A DNA stretch of 64,000 nucleotides. Origin: Octopus vulgaris. Its lineage: Eukaryota. The DNA lies in the NCBI GenBank assembly GCA_951406725.2, contig OX597814.1, forward strand, positions 209,870,001-209,934,000, written 5' to 3'. The position numbers and the translations under genes are program-made. This document shows positions 27,756 to 40,221 of the stretch, in pieces. The notes beneath the pieces were generated by a model, which saw only the letters and a program-made list of their open reading frames with translations, did no database searches and had not been told where the DNA came from. How positions within the stretch are numbered: the first letter of the stretch is position 1; the number at the start of each line of letters is the position of its first letter.

Positions 27756-27879
27756 CTCTCTACTTAACATATATTGATAAGAAATCTATCTATATAGATG
27801 TTTTTCCTTGTTTGCTTTGGTGAAAGGGGTAGAGCTGATGGTCTTCGCAGGTCATCGGCACAGCCCCTTCCAGTCCGGT

Positions 27880-28260
27880 GAGATTGATACCATTGTGATA
27901 CCATAAAATTCTTTAAACTATGTAAATCACAACTTGAACAAAAGACGTTAACAAACAGGGAATCCCAGACGGCCAACATTATATGAGGGGAGCTGAAGTG
28001 TAGGGAGTAGTGCAGGATGTGAAGGGCTTAAAAATAATGAGGTTGATGGGAGAAGAAACGATAGAGATGTGAGCGCCTGAGTTCAGGTAGTACAAGCTCA
28101 GACTGCTTCAAAGAGCAGATATTATTATAATAAATATATAAAAAGTAGAGAGAGGAGGCAGTGTAACAGTGAATATGAAGCAAAGCATAGAGGTGAGTGG
28201 CATTATGCCAACCAGTCTAGTGGTCTCTTTTGTTGATATGGTGTATGATGTCTGTCGGCG
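27880..28260 (-). pseudogene. CR1/Crack-like LINE ORF2 3' end relic
   Basis: SLYFLYIYYNNICS..SELV..., AVWDSLFVNVFCSSCDLHSLK (cf. LWNSLP..VFP..YDL..FK). Confidence 0.55.
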
Positions 28261-29294
28261 TAGCAACTATTTCCCGTTGTATTCATTTAGTCTATCAGCA
28301 AATAACTATATTGTTACATATCGCACGTCCCAATTTTTATCTACTCTGTATAAACTATTCACAATTGTGTTGTGTGTGTGATACAGCATGGCCGCAGACA
28401 AATGACTGAAACAAGTAAAAGAATAAAAGAACACACACATATATGTATATAAGCACACACATACACACACATTGTGGACTGTAGTAGGTTTGAGACTTTT
28501 TCAGGACAGACAATTTTTTCGAGGAAGTACAAAATACTAGACTCCATCAAGATATGCTGCTCCGATTTCATTGCAGCAGTAGCCTTCCAGCCACTTCGTA
28601 AAAGCCCTCCAGAATGACGGTGTCCAGGACCCTTCTCAAAATCTCCTTCAGCTTCTCTTTCAGCGTAGGAAAGAACTAAATTCACAGGGAGCAACTTCTG
28701 AACTTTAAGGAAGATAAGGGACATTTTGATGCTCCACTCTATCAGGTGGTTGTTTACCAGGATTGACTATTGGACTCGTACATGGCCCTGTTTCAATTAC
28801 TCTCGCCTTTTGCGACAAAATCTCTTCCTGAAATCCCTCAAAATCTCTACAAAATATTTTTTCTTAGCTGTCTGATCAGGAGAAATCCAGTGAATATAGA
28901 TGATGCATTTGCGGTCGGAAAAGGAGATAATCATGTCAGTGTTGGCGTAATTGCTTCGCATGACCATGTGTACCAACGGAAAACAGACGCTTGGCTCATT
29001 CGAATGTATACATAAGCAATATGGAGCATTTCATAAGTTTCTGTAGTGTTTTTGTTCAGTTTAGCACAAACGTTTATTGGTTAGTGAGGTTCCAAATTGT
29101 TTTACAAAACCGACTGCATTCTGCAAAATAGTCAACTGTGAGAAGCAATGTTTTAGTAGGCTGTGTTCAAAGTGCCGTCTCCTTCACCCAGCTTATTAGA
29201 TTGTAATTATATACTAAAATTACAATAATCCAGGACATTTGTAACTGCCTCTCATAGAAAGTATTTCAATACTTCTAGAATGAACCTTGTATAC

Positions 29295-29340
<46 letters not shown>

Positions 29341-29345
<5 letters not shown>

Positions 29346-29545
29346 TAATCCAAACAAGAAAGCACAAAAAAACACAACAACGCGAGGACGTGGAACAAAT
29401 ATAGTATTATTGGACGCTCAGGAAAGAAGGAAAGAAGGAGAGTCTAACGTTTCGAGCGGAGCTCCTCGTCGGAAACATAGGAGAAGGAAAGATCCAGGGA
29501 AGGGAAGACAGAAGAAAAAAAATCGCCAACGGTACACACGAGATA
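29341..29545 (-). mobile_element. Non-autonomous Penelope-like element with minimal HHR variant
   Basis: HHR-like fold at 29442-29476; abuts (TA)n. Confidence 0.55.
29442..29476 (-). ncRNA. Minimal type I hammerhead variant (CCGACGA core)
   Basis: minus: gttt CCGACGA g gagc-tcc-gctc GAAAC GTT agac; palindromic AACGTT stem III. Confidence 0.6.
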
Positions 29546-30037
29546 CATATATGTACATGTGCGCCTTGACCGTTTTTAATGTACTGGGCTTAGTGTATCT
29601 GCTAAATTCCCCCAATTTCAATTAATATGTATCAGTGAAAATTCGTGGTTGTAGTCGTCTTCTGACTGCTATTTTTCGCGTGCCGGTGCTATTTGTAGGA
29701 CCCTTCATTATTAGTTAATAATTTGTTTACCTTGCCACTTGATACAATCGTAAACAATAATATCCTTATATATATTTAGAATCTATAATTCATCTGGATC
29801 ACCTTTTTAAATTTGCCGCGGCTTAGGAAACGGCAATCGCTCACATTGTTTGAAATGGGCAGGTTCTACGATCCTCAGACTCGCTGATGGGAACTAAGTG
29901 GCATCTTTACAATGTTTGAAATCGTGACGGGTATGTCTGGGTTTTTAATTTACGATTCTTTTTGTTATTGTTACGGGGGCTTAGAATTTCCACTCTTTCC
30001 TCCGATTTCAATTAATGTGTATCAATGAAAATTATAT

Positions 30038-30377
30038 TACTTGCTTCATTCATTGGTGTCCGGCCATGCCGGGGCATAGCCTTCAACAAATCAACCTCGT
30101 TATTTATTTTTAAGCACTTATTCTATCAGTTCTCTTTTCGCCAAACCGTTATTACTCCTACTTAAACAAACTACTCCCAGTTGTCAAGTGGTGGGGGGAT
30201 ATAAACATACACTCACATGCGCACACATACAAGCAAGAGGTTTCTTTCAGTTTCCGTCTACAAAGTCCATTGAGGAGGCTTTGGTCGGCACGGAGCTATA
30301 GTAGAGAATACTCGGCCAGAGCACCGTGCATCCAGAACTATGTGTGTGAGAATCAAACTTCTTGACACACAGCCACT
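30038..30377 (-). mobile_element. SINE family C, diverged full length
   Basis: Reverse complement aligns along 40782-41160. Confidence 0.8.
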
Positions 30378-32150
30378 TATGGAAGTAAACGTAACAAAGA
30401 AGGGATTCTGTTGAGTTATAAGTCTATTATAATGTTAGAAACTAATGCATCAAAATGCAAGATTAAATAAGATTAATTAATTACACAAAGATATTTCTAC
30501 GCCTGTATATCTGAAGTGTTAAGAGTTTTATCTCATTTGTAGTGGGTAATTATATGACAAGAAGATAGTAACTGACTTGCAACTCGATGTGCTAGGAACA
30601 GTATTCTATTTCGCTAGAATTCACGCATTACAGACTTTAAAAGGTATTGACATTCGATAATATGACCTGACAATTACGGGCAAATATTGTAGATGGAACA
30701 CAGATCACAGATCTGATGCACCAGAGCAGGACGGGAGCTAAACAACCACGGCAATAGTATTATATAATGTTATATATATATATATTAGACGCAGGATTTC
30801 TGTATTTCTGATTAGTTGCATGATATCCTTTTCTTGAGGATCCAATGATCACAAATGTTCAAGGCATGATCCTCTCTGTCTTTTTCAGATTGTATATTTA
30901 GAACATATTACTAAATACATTGTTAAGTCACTTGAACATCCTTTTAGAAAGATGTGGCTATTTTTAGGTTATCTATAATTCACAAAGAGTGCCATCGGCA
31001 TTTTAGTGAAGTTAGTATATATATAAATATATGCAGTCACAGTTTTAAATATTTCCAGCAAAAATAGTCATAAAAAGACAAAAGTTTTCAACGGGAACAA
31101 TAAAGTGAAATAAAATTTAGTTCTATACTGAACTTTCTCAATTAACATTAAAAGATACCAGATAGCGGTTTTTGATTTAACTCCGAACAGAACAGAAAAC
31201 GTTGTTCCCTCATTGGGACAAGAGAAGTAAATGGTAGCTACTTGCTTGTCTAAAATAACTAATTGTCAATAATGTAGGTAGTTTCCCTAATATATACTGT
31301 TTATACAATCGACACAGCTTTACTTTACATAACTTTATTCTAACAATAGCTCATAGGATGATTCTTTTAATGATAAAGCCATTATTTTTATGAATAATTA
31401 TTTTCAAAAACACAATGAATTATTTGATTATATTTTGGACGAAAGAGTCTTCTGTATTTATTGCGTACTTTATATTTGATTAATAAATAAGAAAAATGTT
31501 GTTGTTTTTTTCGTAAGTTTTATGGTTCCGTGTCTGTGCTTTTACTGTTTCAAAATAATTTGATATATTCACAAAAATGTTTCCGAGTGGCTGTGGTAGA
31601 CAATTGTAGTAATGTTTATATTGATTTTTTTTTCTTTCTGGGTTTCATGTTTAAAAGAAATGTCTGTGCGTCCAACTCAATAGAAGAGGAGACAATCATT
31701 AATATATTGCAAGGAATATAATTTTTATTGCTTCATATAAAGGCGACAGAAATATTATTTTTTGATTTGATATATGAAAAAGCTGTGTAACTAATACCTC
31801 CTTCATAAATAAATTTGAGCAACTGAGAGGGAACATGACAGCAAAAGTAAAATAAAGTTAATTGATGGGAAACTATTCAACTAAAAATATTTAAAAAAAG
31901 GTTATGGAAATACTTTAATAAAATTCATCATAAAACTTGATACATTTAATATATAAGCTGATAGATCTAAATGATAGTCTCGTGACTGAATTCTAATGCT
32001 AATATCTGCAAAATGGTTTATCAATATTATGCGATAGCTTAAGAAATTATTTATCAGCTTCGTTTAATTAACACGACGCAATACCTATTGAAGAAAACCC
32101 TTTCCAGTTATAACTGTTGTGACGAAGTTATACTCCTAGCAAATAATACA

Positions 32151-32537
32151 TGGATGGAAGCACTCCGTCGGTTCCGACGACGAGGGTTCCGGTTGATCCG
32201 GATCAACGGAACAGCTTGCTCGTGAAATTAACGTGTAAGTGGCTGAGCACTCCACAGACACGTGTACCTTAACGTAGTTCTCGGGGATATTCAGCGTGAC
32301 ACAGAGAGTGACAAGGCCGGCCCTTTGAAATACAGGTACAACAGAAACAGGAAGTAAGAGTGAGAGAAAGTTGTGGTGAAAGAGTACAGCAGGGATCACC
32401 ACCATCCCCTGCCGGAGCCTCGTGGAGCTTTAGGTGTTTTCGCTCAATAAACACTCACAACGCCCGGTCTGGGAATCGAAACCGCGATCCTACGACCACG
32501 AGTCCGCTGCCATAACCACTGGGCCATTGCGCCTCCA
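32151..32537 (-). mobile_element. tRNA-derived SINE (head B + tail Y), full length
   Basis: Near-identical to 5714-6097; TSD aaataataca at 32141-32150 and 32539-32548. Confidence 0.93.
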
Positions 32538-32748
32538 GAAATAATACACCAGATAGGTAAATTAGAAGAGGTTGGTGATTTATTTTCTGTAAAATTTGGT
32601 ATTTATTTCAAGGTATTGAGTCTCAGTTCCAATCGACATTATTCAGGTTGCGCATCGTCAAAACAAAATGGTTTTACTGTATTTACATTAATCTACGAAA
32701 GAAATCCTAAGAATCTATATAGCACACAGGCATGTATATACTTAAGTA

Positions 32749-32830
32749 CATCCACCCATCCATCCATCCATCCATCCATCCATCCATCCATCCATCCATC
32801 CATCCATCCATCCATCCATCCATCCATCCA

Positions 32831-32860
<30 letters not shown>
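32749..32860. repeat. (CATC)n-(CATA)n compound microsatellite
   Basis: direct reading. Confidence 0.95.
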
Positions 32861-32861
<1 letters not shown>

Positions 32862-33029
32862 CTACATACATGCATACATCATACATACATATGCTCATTA
32901 CCAGCAGACATAAACAAACGAACATATGTATATACGTATATAAATATATGTACCCTGTAATAATATAAAATAAACATATTTTATTATTTGAGTGGTGTGA
33001 AAGAATTATCAGTGATGCCCAAGACATCA

Positions 33030-33410
33030 GTCGACCTCTAATACAGGTGAGAGTGTAGCCATCAGAATACATTTGAAGCTGTTGGATGTCGACACCTGTA
33101 TGGAAAACATGAGCAGGGAAGATATTACAGAAGTCCAAATATTCTGGGGAGGAAATAATTGGCATAACTGTGTGTATAGATACAACGGAGCTGGACGTAA
33201 CAACGGCTTTGAGAGTTGGACGTAATAAAGGCGTTAAGAATCAGGAGTCATTAGGGCATGAACGAAGAGGCACAAGACCAGACAACTCTTAGGAATATAG
33301 GCCCTAATAGTTGCAGCAGACTGACAGAATAAAGTTATCCCTGTGGTTCTGTTAGTGATTTTATGCCAGTCACTCGAATGGCTTTTCTCTGGATGCAGTC
33401 TAGGATATAT
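33030..33410 (-). pseudogene. CR1/Crack-like LINE ORF2 3' end relic
   Basis: YANYFLPR...[15 protein letters not shown] resembles the CR1-group C-terminus. Confidence 0.55.
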
Positions 33411-34001
33411 GTGTGTGCAAAAGCAATGTAACCTTGACGATGAGACAATCATACTGTAGAATAATAATTGTGGATAATTTATTTAACCTTCGCCTTATTG
33501 AAAATTATATGTTTATACATGTACGTCGAAAATCAATCTGTATTGGTGCTTTTGCTATTAAATCTCAGCTATGTAGTTTGTATCATTATGTAAACTTCTT
33601 TGCGTTAGAGATATTTTGTTTACGTGTTGCATGACAAAATATATCCATCTTCGATTTGATGATTCAAATCTCCTACAAAGATAGAAAGAAATTTTGAAGT
33701 TGACATTTCACTATCTAAAATCTTATAACTGGTTTTACTGAAGAATAACAATGCATTATTGTATATGGCTCTTCTTCATCTATATTAAACTTATTTCAGT
33801 CGAAGAGAATTATATATATTAACTTCAAGATATTTTGTGATTAGGCAGGCATGTATAAAGCCAATGAATTGCAGTTTAAAAAAATATTTATAACGTTTTG
33901 AAATCAAAAGATTCGTACCAATTTATATACAGATAAGTATAATTTAAAATTGAAGGGTAGAAATATTGTCTCGAAATTCTCGGTTGTTTCGACAGAATAT
34001 A

Positions 34002-34033
<32 letters not shown>

Positions 34034-34139
34034 GATAGATAGATAGTTAGATAGATAGATAGATAGATAGATAGATTGATAGATATACATATACATATGC
34101 ATGCACACATACATGCAATACGCACGTGCTATATATACC

Positions 34140-34362
34140 TATTTCTTTACTACCCACAAGGGGCTAAACATAGAGAGGACAAACAAGGACAGACAAACGG
34201 ATTAAGTCGATTATATCGACCTCAGTGCGTAACTGGTACTTATTTAATCGACCCCGAAAGGATGAAAGGCAAAGTCGACCTCGGCGGAATTTGAACTCAG
34301 AACGTAACGGCAGACGAAATACGGCTACGCATTTCGCCCGGCGTACAAACATTTCTGCCAGC
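34140..34362 (-). mobile_element. tRNA-derived SINE family D (subfamily D2), young
   Basis: minus: gctggcagaa A-box region, GAGTTCAAATTCC B box, gtcgactttgcctttcatcctttcggggtcgat central domain; 18-bp TSD gcacgtgctat(a/t)... at 34122-34139 and 34361-34378 with one mismatch. Confidence 0.9.
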
Positions 34363-35856
34363 ACGTGCTATAAATACCGTCATAGTTTGGAAACACAATA
34401 GTTCGGCAGCTTTATATATCACGTCTGCAAGCAATCCTTCAGTCTCGAATACATATGCATGTTGCATTTATGAAAAAAAAAAAAAACGAGAAAAACTGAG
34501 AGAGCTTCTTGCAAAAGGCAGAATGAGAAAAGCTAGAACGAGAAAGCTGAATGGAAATGGGAAAAATTAAAATTAATCTAATATAATGCAACGACGACTT
34601 AGTCTCCAACAAATAGACACAAAATATTCGAACACATCTTAAATTGCCGACATGTTCTAATATTTCTGCTAACTTCGGGTACGTGACCAAAATTACAGAC
34701 AGATAAGGGGTCAATCCCATGTTCAGCCACACCACTGTATACATGACCAACTATAGGATTTAGTACTTGTCAGTAATAAATTAACCAAGTTTAGACTAAT
34801 AATATCAGTCAAAACATGAAGATGCCATCGGAACACTAATAACGGGATTTATTCTGAAGCATGTCAATTTTCTATCTTTGATAAATATTATACTCTACTT
34901 GCCGTGTGGAAAAAAAACAAAAATAAGGCAAAAGCATTTAAATAATCCTACTAACATTCCCTTCCAATATTTATTTCTAAAATTCTGGTTAAGCAACAGA
35001 AAATTTTGCATGTATATATGCATATACATATGTTATGTGTGTGTATATATATATATGTATAGTGTGTTTCGGGATAGTCACTTTTTTTCCAAATAAACAC
35101 ACGCACTAATAGTACATGTATATGTGTATGCATGCATGTATGTATGTATGTATGTATGGGTATTTATGTGAGCATTGGTATGCGCACATAGATTGAAAGA
35201 TATAGAGATACAGAAATATATATTCACAGAAATATATGTTAACACACACTCATTTATGTATTTGTGTTTACTGACACATATACATATAAAATAGAAATAT
35301 CCTTACCCTGTCTAAAAGTTTTGGATACATAAACTTGTTTAGAAACAAAAATATATATTGTAAAGAAAAATATGAATGTTGACGTATAGAGAAAGTAGTA
35401 CAAATTCTTCTGAATTAATAACCAACAAACTTATTTATCAGTGTGTAAGATTTAAGTTATTTTTGCATCGCAACCAAATAATGTAATTCACAACATATAA
35501 TTTATATGTTTACGATAGTATTATATCCTCCGGTTCCAAATTCTGAAAGATTATTGCAACAAAATGATATTATTTGAAAAAATATTATGTCATAGGGATA
35601 ATTTCAGGAGTAAAATATATACTTCACATACGAATAATATAGTCTAGAATGTACAAGATTTACATAAACTTATTTGGAGACATGGCATAGATGAGAGAGG
35701 GAAAGAGAAAAGAAAAACGAATGGAGGTAAGGAGAGAGGGAAGCGGAAAGAAAAAGAGAGAGAAAGAGAGGCGGGAGAGAAAAGCGAAAAAGAAGCAGAA
35801 TATTAAATTTTAGATTTCACAATTCTGGTCACATTTTTGTTTTTGGCTTTCAGAAC

Positions 35857-35887
<31 letters not shown>

Positions 35888-36825
35888 TAGAGAAAAGAAA
35901 TCGAAAATGGATACGTATTTACACGACGAAGTTAAATTGTTATTCGGCAAAAAAAAAAAAAATAAATAAGAAATAAAAAATAAAAATAATAAAAGAAAGA
36001 AAAGAAAAAGAAGAAGAAGAGAAGAAAGTGTTTTGAAAATTTAAGGCAAAAAAATATTACACGGTGTGAAAATATTTTACAAATTGAGAAAATGTTATTG
36101 TAAAAAGTTTTGAAAATGTAACAAAACAATACGTATAATGTCTTCCAGCGTTTTAGAGCGGCCAGAACAGAAAAATGAAAGAAACGCAAAAACAACTTCA
36201 CAAACAACAAAAGTTAAAATAAACCAATAAAACCTCGATAAAACTGCTAAAATATATAATGAAAGTTGACGAAACGTAGACACCAATTCTTCATATTTGC
36301 CGATATATATATATATATATATACATACACATACATACATACACGAATGTATATATATATATATATATATATTCATGTATAACTGATTATATAAAAGTCA
36401 GTAATTGACAGATTATTCATTGAATCTAAGAGATTGCATGGGGAATAAATCAAGTCGGCATTTGAAATCAAAATATGATGTTAGGCAACATGTTAACTCC
36501 AAGTATTTGGACGGTTACGTAGCGATAATGGTTATGTTTATCATAAATACCTTATTGTTTGATCACGGAATTAAATTCAAGTCAGACTTATGTGCAATCT
36601 TGTAGTCTCTTTTCCAAAGTATTTTACAGTATCACTTTGTAGCAGAAGAAAGGAGCCTTGTTGAAATTCCCGAAATTCCCGAAATTCACTCACCATTCAC
36701 GAAATTCGCTTAGGAGGCGAGTTTTGAAATGTGTTGTAGGTGTTGCTGAATTTTCTATCAAAATATCAAATGCTAGTGTTCGTGTACAACTAATGTTGAT
36801 CTTCTTCTTCTTCAAATTATTATTT

Positions 36826-37262
36826 GGAGGCGTTGAGCTGGCAGAATCGAACCAACGCCGATATCCATTTCTTTACTACCCAGAAGGGGCTAAACACAGA
36901 GAGGACAAACAAGGACAGACAAATGGATTAAGTCGATTATATCGACCCCAGTGCGTATCTGGTACTTATTTACTTGACCCCGAAATAATCAAAAGGCAAA
37001 GTCGACCTCAGCGGAATTTGAACTCAGATCGTAGCGGCAGAGGAAATACCGCTAAGCATTTAGCCCAACGTGCTAACGGTTCTGCCAGATCGCCGCCGAT
37101 ACCATTTTGCCCGTTTTTACATTCAGGGTTCAAATTCCGCCGAGGTTGAGTTTGCCATTCATCCTTTCGGGGTCGATGAAATAAGTTCCAGTTGAACACC
37201 AGGGTCGATGTAATCGACTTATTCCCTTTGCCAGAATTGCAGGCCTTGTACCAAAACTATTA
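36826..37262 (+). mobile_element. SINE D copy interrupted by an antisense SINE D2 (36866-37097)
   Basis: Head ggaggcgttgagctggcagaa at 36826, body resumes near 37098; duplicated target cgccgata(t)ccattt on both sides of the insert. Confidence 0.8.
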
Positions 37263-37269
37263 TTATTAG

Positions 37270-37450
37270 TGAGGTGTGTGTTGGCAAAATCCTTAGCACG
37301 CCGAGTAAAATACTTAGCGGCGTTTCGTCCGTCTGTATGTTCTGGGTTCAAAGGTTGCCGAGGTCGTCTGTGCCTTTCATCCTTTCGGGGTCGATAAAAT
37401 AAATACCAGTTGAGCACTGAGGTCGATATAAGCGAGCAGACCCCTTCCTT
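37270..37450 (+). mobile_element. SINE family D
   Basis: ttggcaaaatccttagcacgccg...gcctttcatcctttcggggtcgataaa. Confidence 0.8.
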
Positions 37451-37511
37451 TATTCCCATTATTTGCCTTATTTACAATTGAAGGATATTTGTCCTCATCC
37501 TGTTTGTTGTT

Positions 37512-37557
37512 AGCACAACTTTTCAGCTGATAGTCCCTCCAGCCTTCATCAGGTATA
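37512..37557 (-). ncRNA. Minimal hammerhead motif, decayed copy
   Basis: minus: tatac CTGATGA a ggctg-gagggactat-cagct GAAAA GTT gtgct. Confidence 0.65.
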
Positions 37558-37612
37558 CTGGAGAAATTTCGAACCTGGGTTCTCATTCCCAAGGTATTTT
37601 TCAATGTTGTTG

Positions 37613-37671
<59 letters not shown>

Positions 37672-37683
37672 GTTATTATTATT

Positions 37684-38237
37684 GAGTGAGAGAGCAGTTC
37701 ATGCCATCAAAGTGACACTGGGGTAAAATATACGAAGCCCAATATACCCATCATGACTACCCGCCTGATAAAGGTACACCAGGCACATGCATCACAACCA
37801 TATGTGCGCGACATGGTGATCTCATATCAAGATAAACAGCACATGACCTTGCAGGTGGGGCCCAGTTAGAATTTTCTTCAGGTTGAGTAGCCCATCCCGC
37901 TCAAACGATCCCTGAATAAGGGTTGTTTAAGGATGTTGAAAGAACCACCCATGTTTCCAGAGGTGAACTATTCAAACCCCAAAGAATCCCTCTCAACACA
38001 TGGCTATGATGCTCCCCCACTACTTCTGCTCGTGATCAGAGATGCACATATCGTCAGCCACTAAGGGACATGCTCAACTGGTTAAGGTCAAACAACTGAC
38101 AAGCAAATCTGTGGTATTGAGCAGAATATTTGCTGTAGCCCATCTTTTATACCAAGACAAAACAATGTACATGATAACACTTCCAATCAGTTAAGATCAG
38201 AAGCCATGAGAGCCACTGCCTGGTATTGCATCAGGGC

Positions 38238-38240
<3 letters not shown>
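37684..38240 (-). mobile_element. ~560-bp non-coding element E inserted in (AAT)n
   Basis: Second copy at 55284-55845 in opposite orientation; both flanked by (AAT)n on both sides. Confidence 0.85.
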
Positions 38241-38319
<79 letters not shown>

Positions 38320-38511
38320 GTTATTATTATCATTATTATTATTATTATTATTCAGGCCATTGCCTGGAATCGAACTCGGAATCTTGGGGTTAGTAGCCCG
38401 CGCTCTTAACCACTGCGCCATATCCGTCACTACAAATATCCGTCAATTGTAAATAAGGTAAATAATGTACATAATTCCTCATCTCTTAAATATAGAACTG
38501 TACCCTCCTTT

Positions 38512-38548
<37 letters not shown>

Positions 38549-38640
38549 CCATCCTCCTCCTCATCCTCCTCCTCATCATCATCATCGTCATCACCACCAT
38601 TTTCATCATTATCACCATCATCATCAACAACAAATTTATC
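38512..38640. repeat. (ATC)n degenerate microsatellite
   Basis: direct reading. Confidence 0.85.
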
Positions 38641-38749
38641 ATAATTTTTTCATAACGTTTTCAGCAAATCCCCTGCAAGTTCCTACTGCACCACAAAATA
38701 GTTTCCTTTCCTTGAGGTGTTTTTGGTTTTTGATGTTCCATGTGGGGGT

Positions 38750-38915
38750 ACTAGTCGATTATATCGATCCCTGTGCTTAACCGGTACTTATTTCATCGAC
38801 CCTGAAAGGATGAAAAGCAAAGTTGACCTCATCGAAATTTAAACTCAGTACGTGAAGGCGGGCAAGATGCTGGTAGGATATTTTGTCCTGCGTGCTAACA
38901 ATTCTGCCAGCTCAT
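38750..38915 (-). mobile_element. SINE family D, diverged
   Basis: gtcgattatatcgat...gaaaggatgaaaagcaaagttgacctc...ttctgccagctc. Confidence 0.8.
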
Positions 38916-39351
38916 CATATTAACAAAATGAAATTTCAACATTCATATAGCTCTTCATCATATTTATTTAAAGTAAATCAACAACGTGAAATAAAATCGC
39001 AAATTAAGAATAACGGTAGACAACCATATTGTACATAATTGTGCTTTCCTGATTATAATCAATCTTGATTATATTAAATGACAATACTCTACTATTAATT
39101 CTCATAGCAACACGAAATGGCTATAACGTTAAGAATAAGTGAGCTGCAAAGCTAATAAATTAAACTGACGTGACCAAAAGTCCATACCATCTCACATGCA
39201 ACTGATGCAATTGGAGTGATATTGCTACACATACATTTTTTTGTTGTTGCCATGAGAATTTGTAAACTTTCAAAAGAACAGGAAATAATATAGTTTTGGA
39301 GTTGAATCTCGAAGTACACAAATGCTATAAATAATTCTTTCTACTGTTGGT

Positions 39352-39848
39352 ATTTGAACGCAGAACGTAAAATAGCGAGAAATGCACCTAAGCATTTTGT
39401 CCGACACGCTAACGATTCAGCCAGCCCGCCGCCTTCTACTTTTTGTAATAACCTTTTCTTCTCTAGGCACAAGGCCCGAAATTTTGGGGGAGAGGGCCAG
39501 TTCATTAGATCGACCCCAGTACTTAACTGGTACTTAATTTATCAACCCCGAAAAGATGAAAGGCAAGGTCGACCTCGGCGGAATTTGAACTCAGAACATA
39601 AAGACAGACGAAATACCTATTTCTTTACTACCCACAAGGGGCTAAACACAGAAGGAACAAACAAGGACAGACAAACTGATTAAGTCGATTATATTGACAC
39701 CAGTGCGTAACTGGTACTTATTTAGTAGACCCCGAAAGGATGAAAGACAAAGTCGACCTCGGCGGAATTTGAGCTCAGAACGTAACAGCAGACGAAATAC
39801 GGCAACGCATTTCGCCCGGCGTGCTAACGTTTCTACCAGCTCGCTGCC
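39352..39848 (-). mobile_element. SINE D cluster: head fragment (39352-39433) plus D2/D1 dimer (39453-39848)
   Basis: Two tandem D bodies flanked by duplicated ttctactt(t/c)tt(g/a)taataac. Confidence 0.8.
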
Positions 39849-40175
39849 TTCTACTTCTTATAATAACAGCAATGATTTGCTATCTCATGACATTTTAAAT
39901 TATGGGGAAACGGTACATTCTATAAAATCAGTTCTTGCACAAAATAGGTACTTATTTTAGCAACAACCATCATAATTTCAATTCGGAGAAATTTGAATAT
40001 TCTACATCAGTTTATCCGACACGCTAGCGATTCTACCATCGAAATTGACACATAAAGTGCAAAAAGTTGGGATAAAGACACCAATAGATACAGATGAATT
40101 GCAAAATATCCAAGTAATTCTTAAGGATGGCATTGTAAATGTGCCATGTGTGTTCATATGTGCATCAGCACACGG

Positions 40176-40216
<41 letters not shown>

Positions 40217-40221
<5 letters not shown>

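Larger units (their letters stand above)
37458..38502 (-). mobile_element. tRNA-head/(AAT)n/hammerhead element, copy 1, with inverted tail arm (38432-38502); interrupted by element E
   Basis: minus: tRNA head ~38428-38352 (TGGCGCAGTGG, GAGTTCGATTCC), (AAT)n, linker, HHR 37557-37512, tail; homologous to 63094-63553. Confidence 0.85.
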
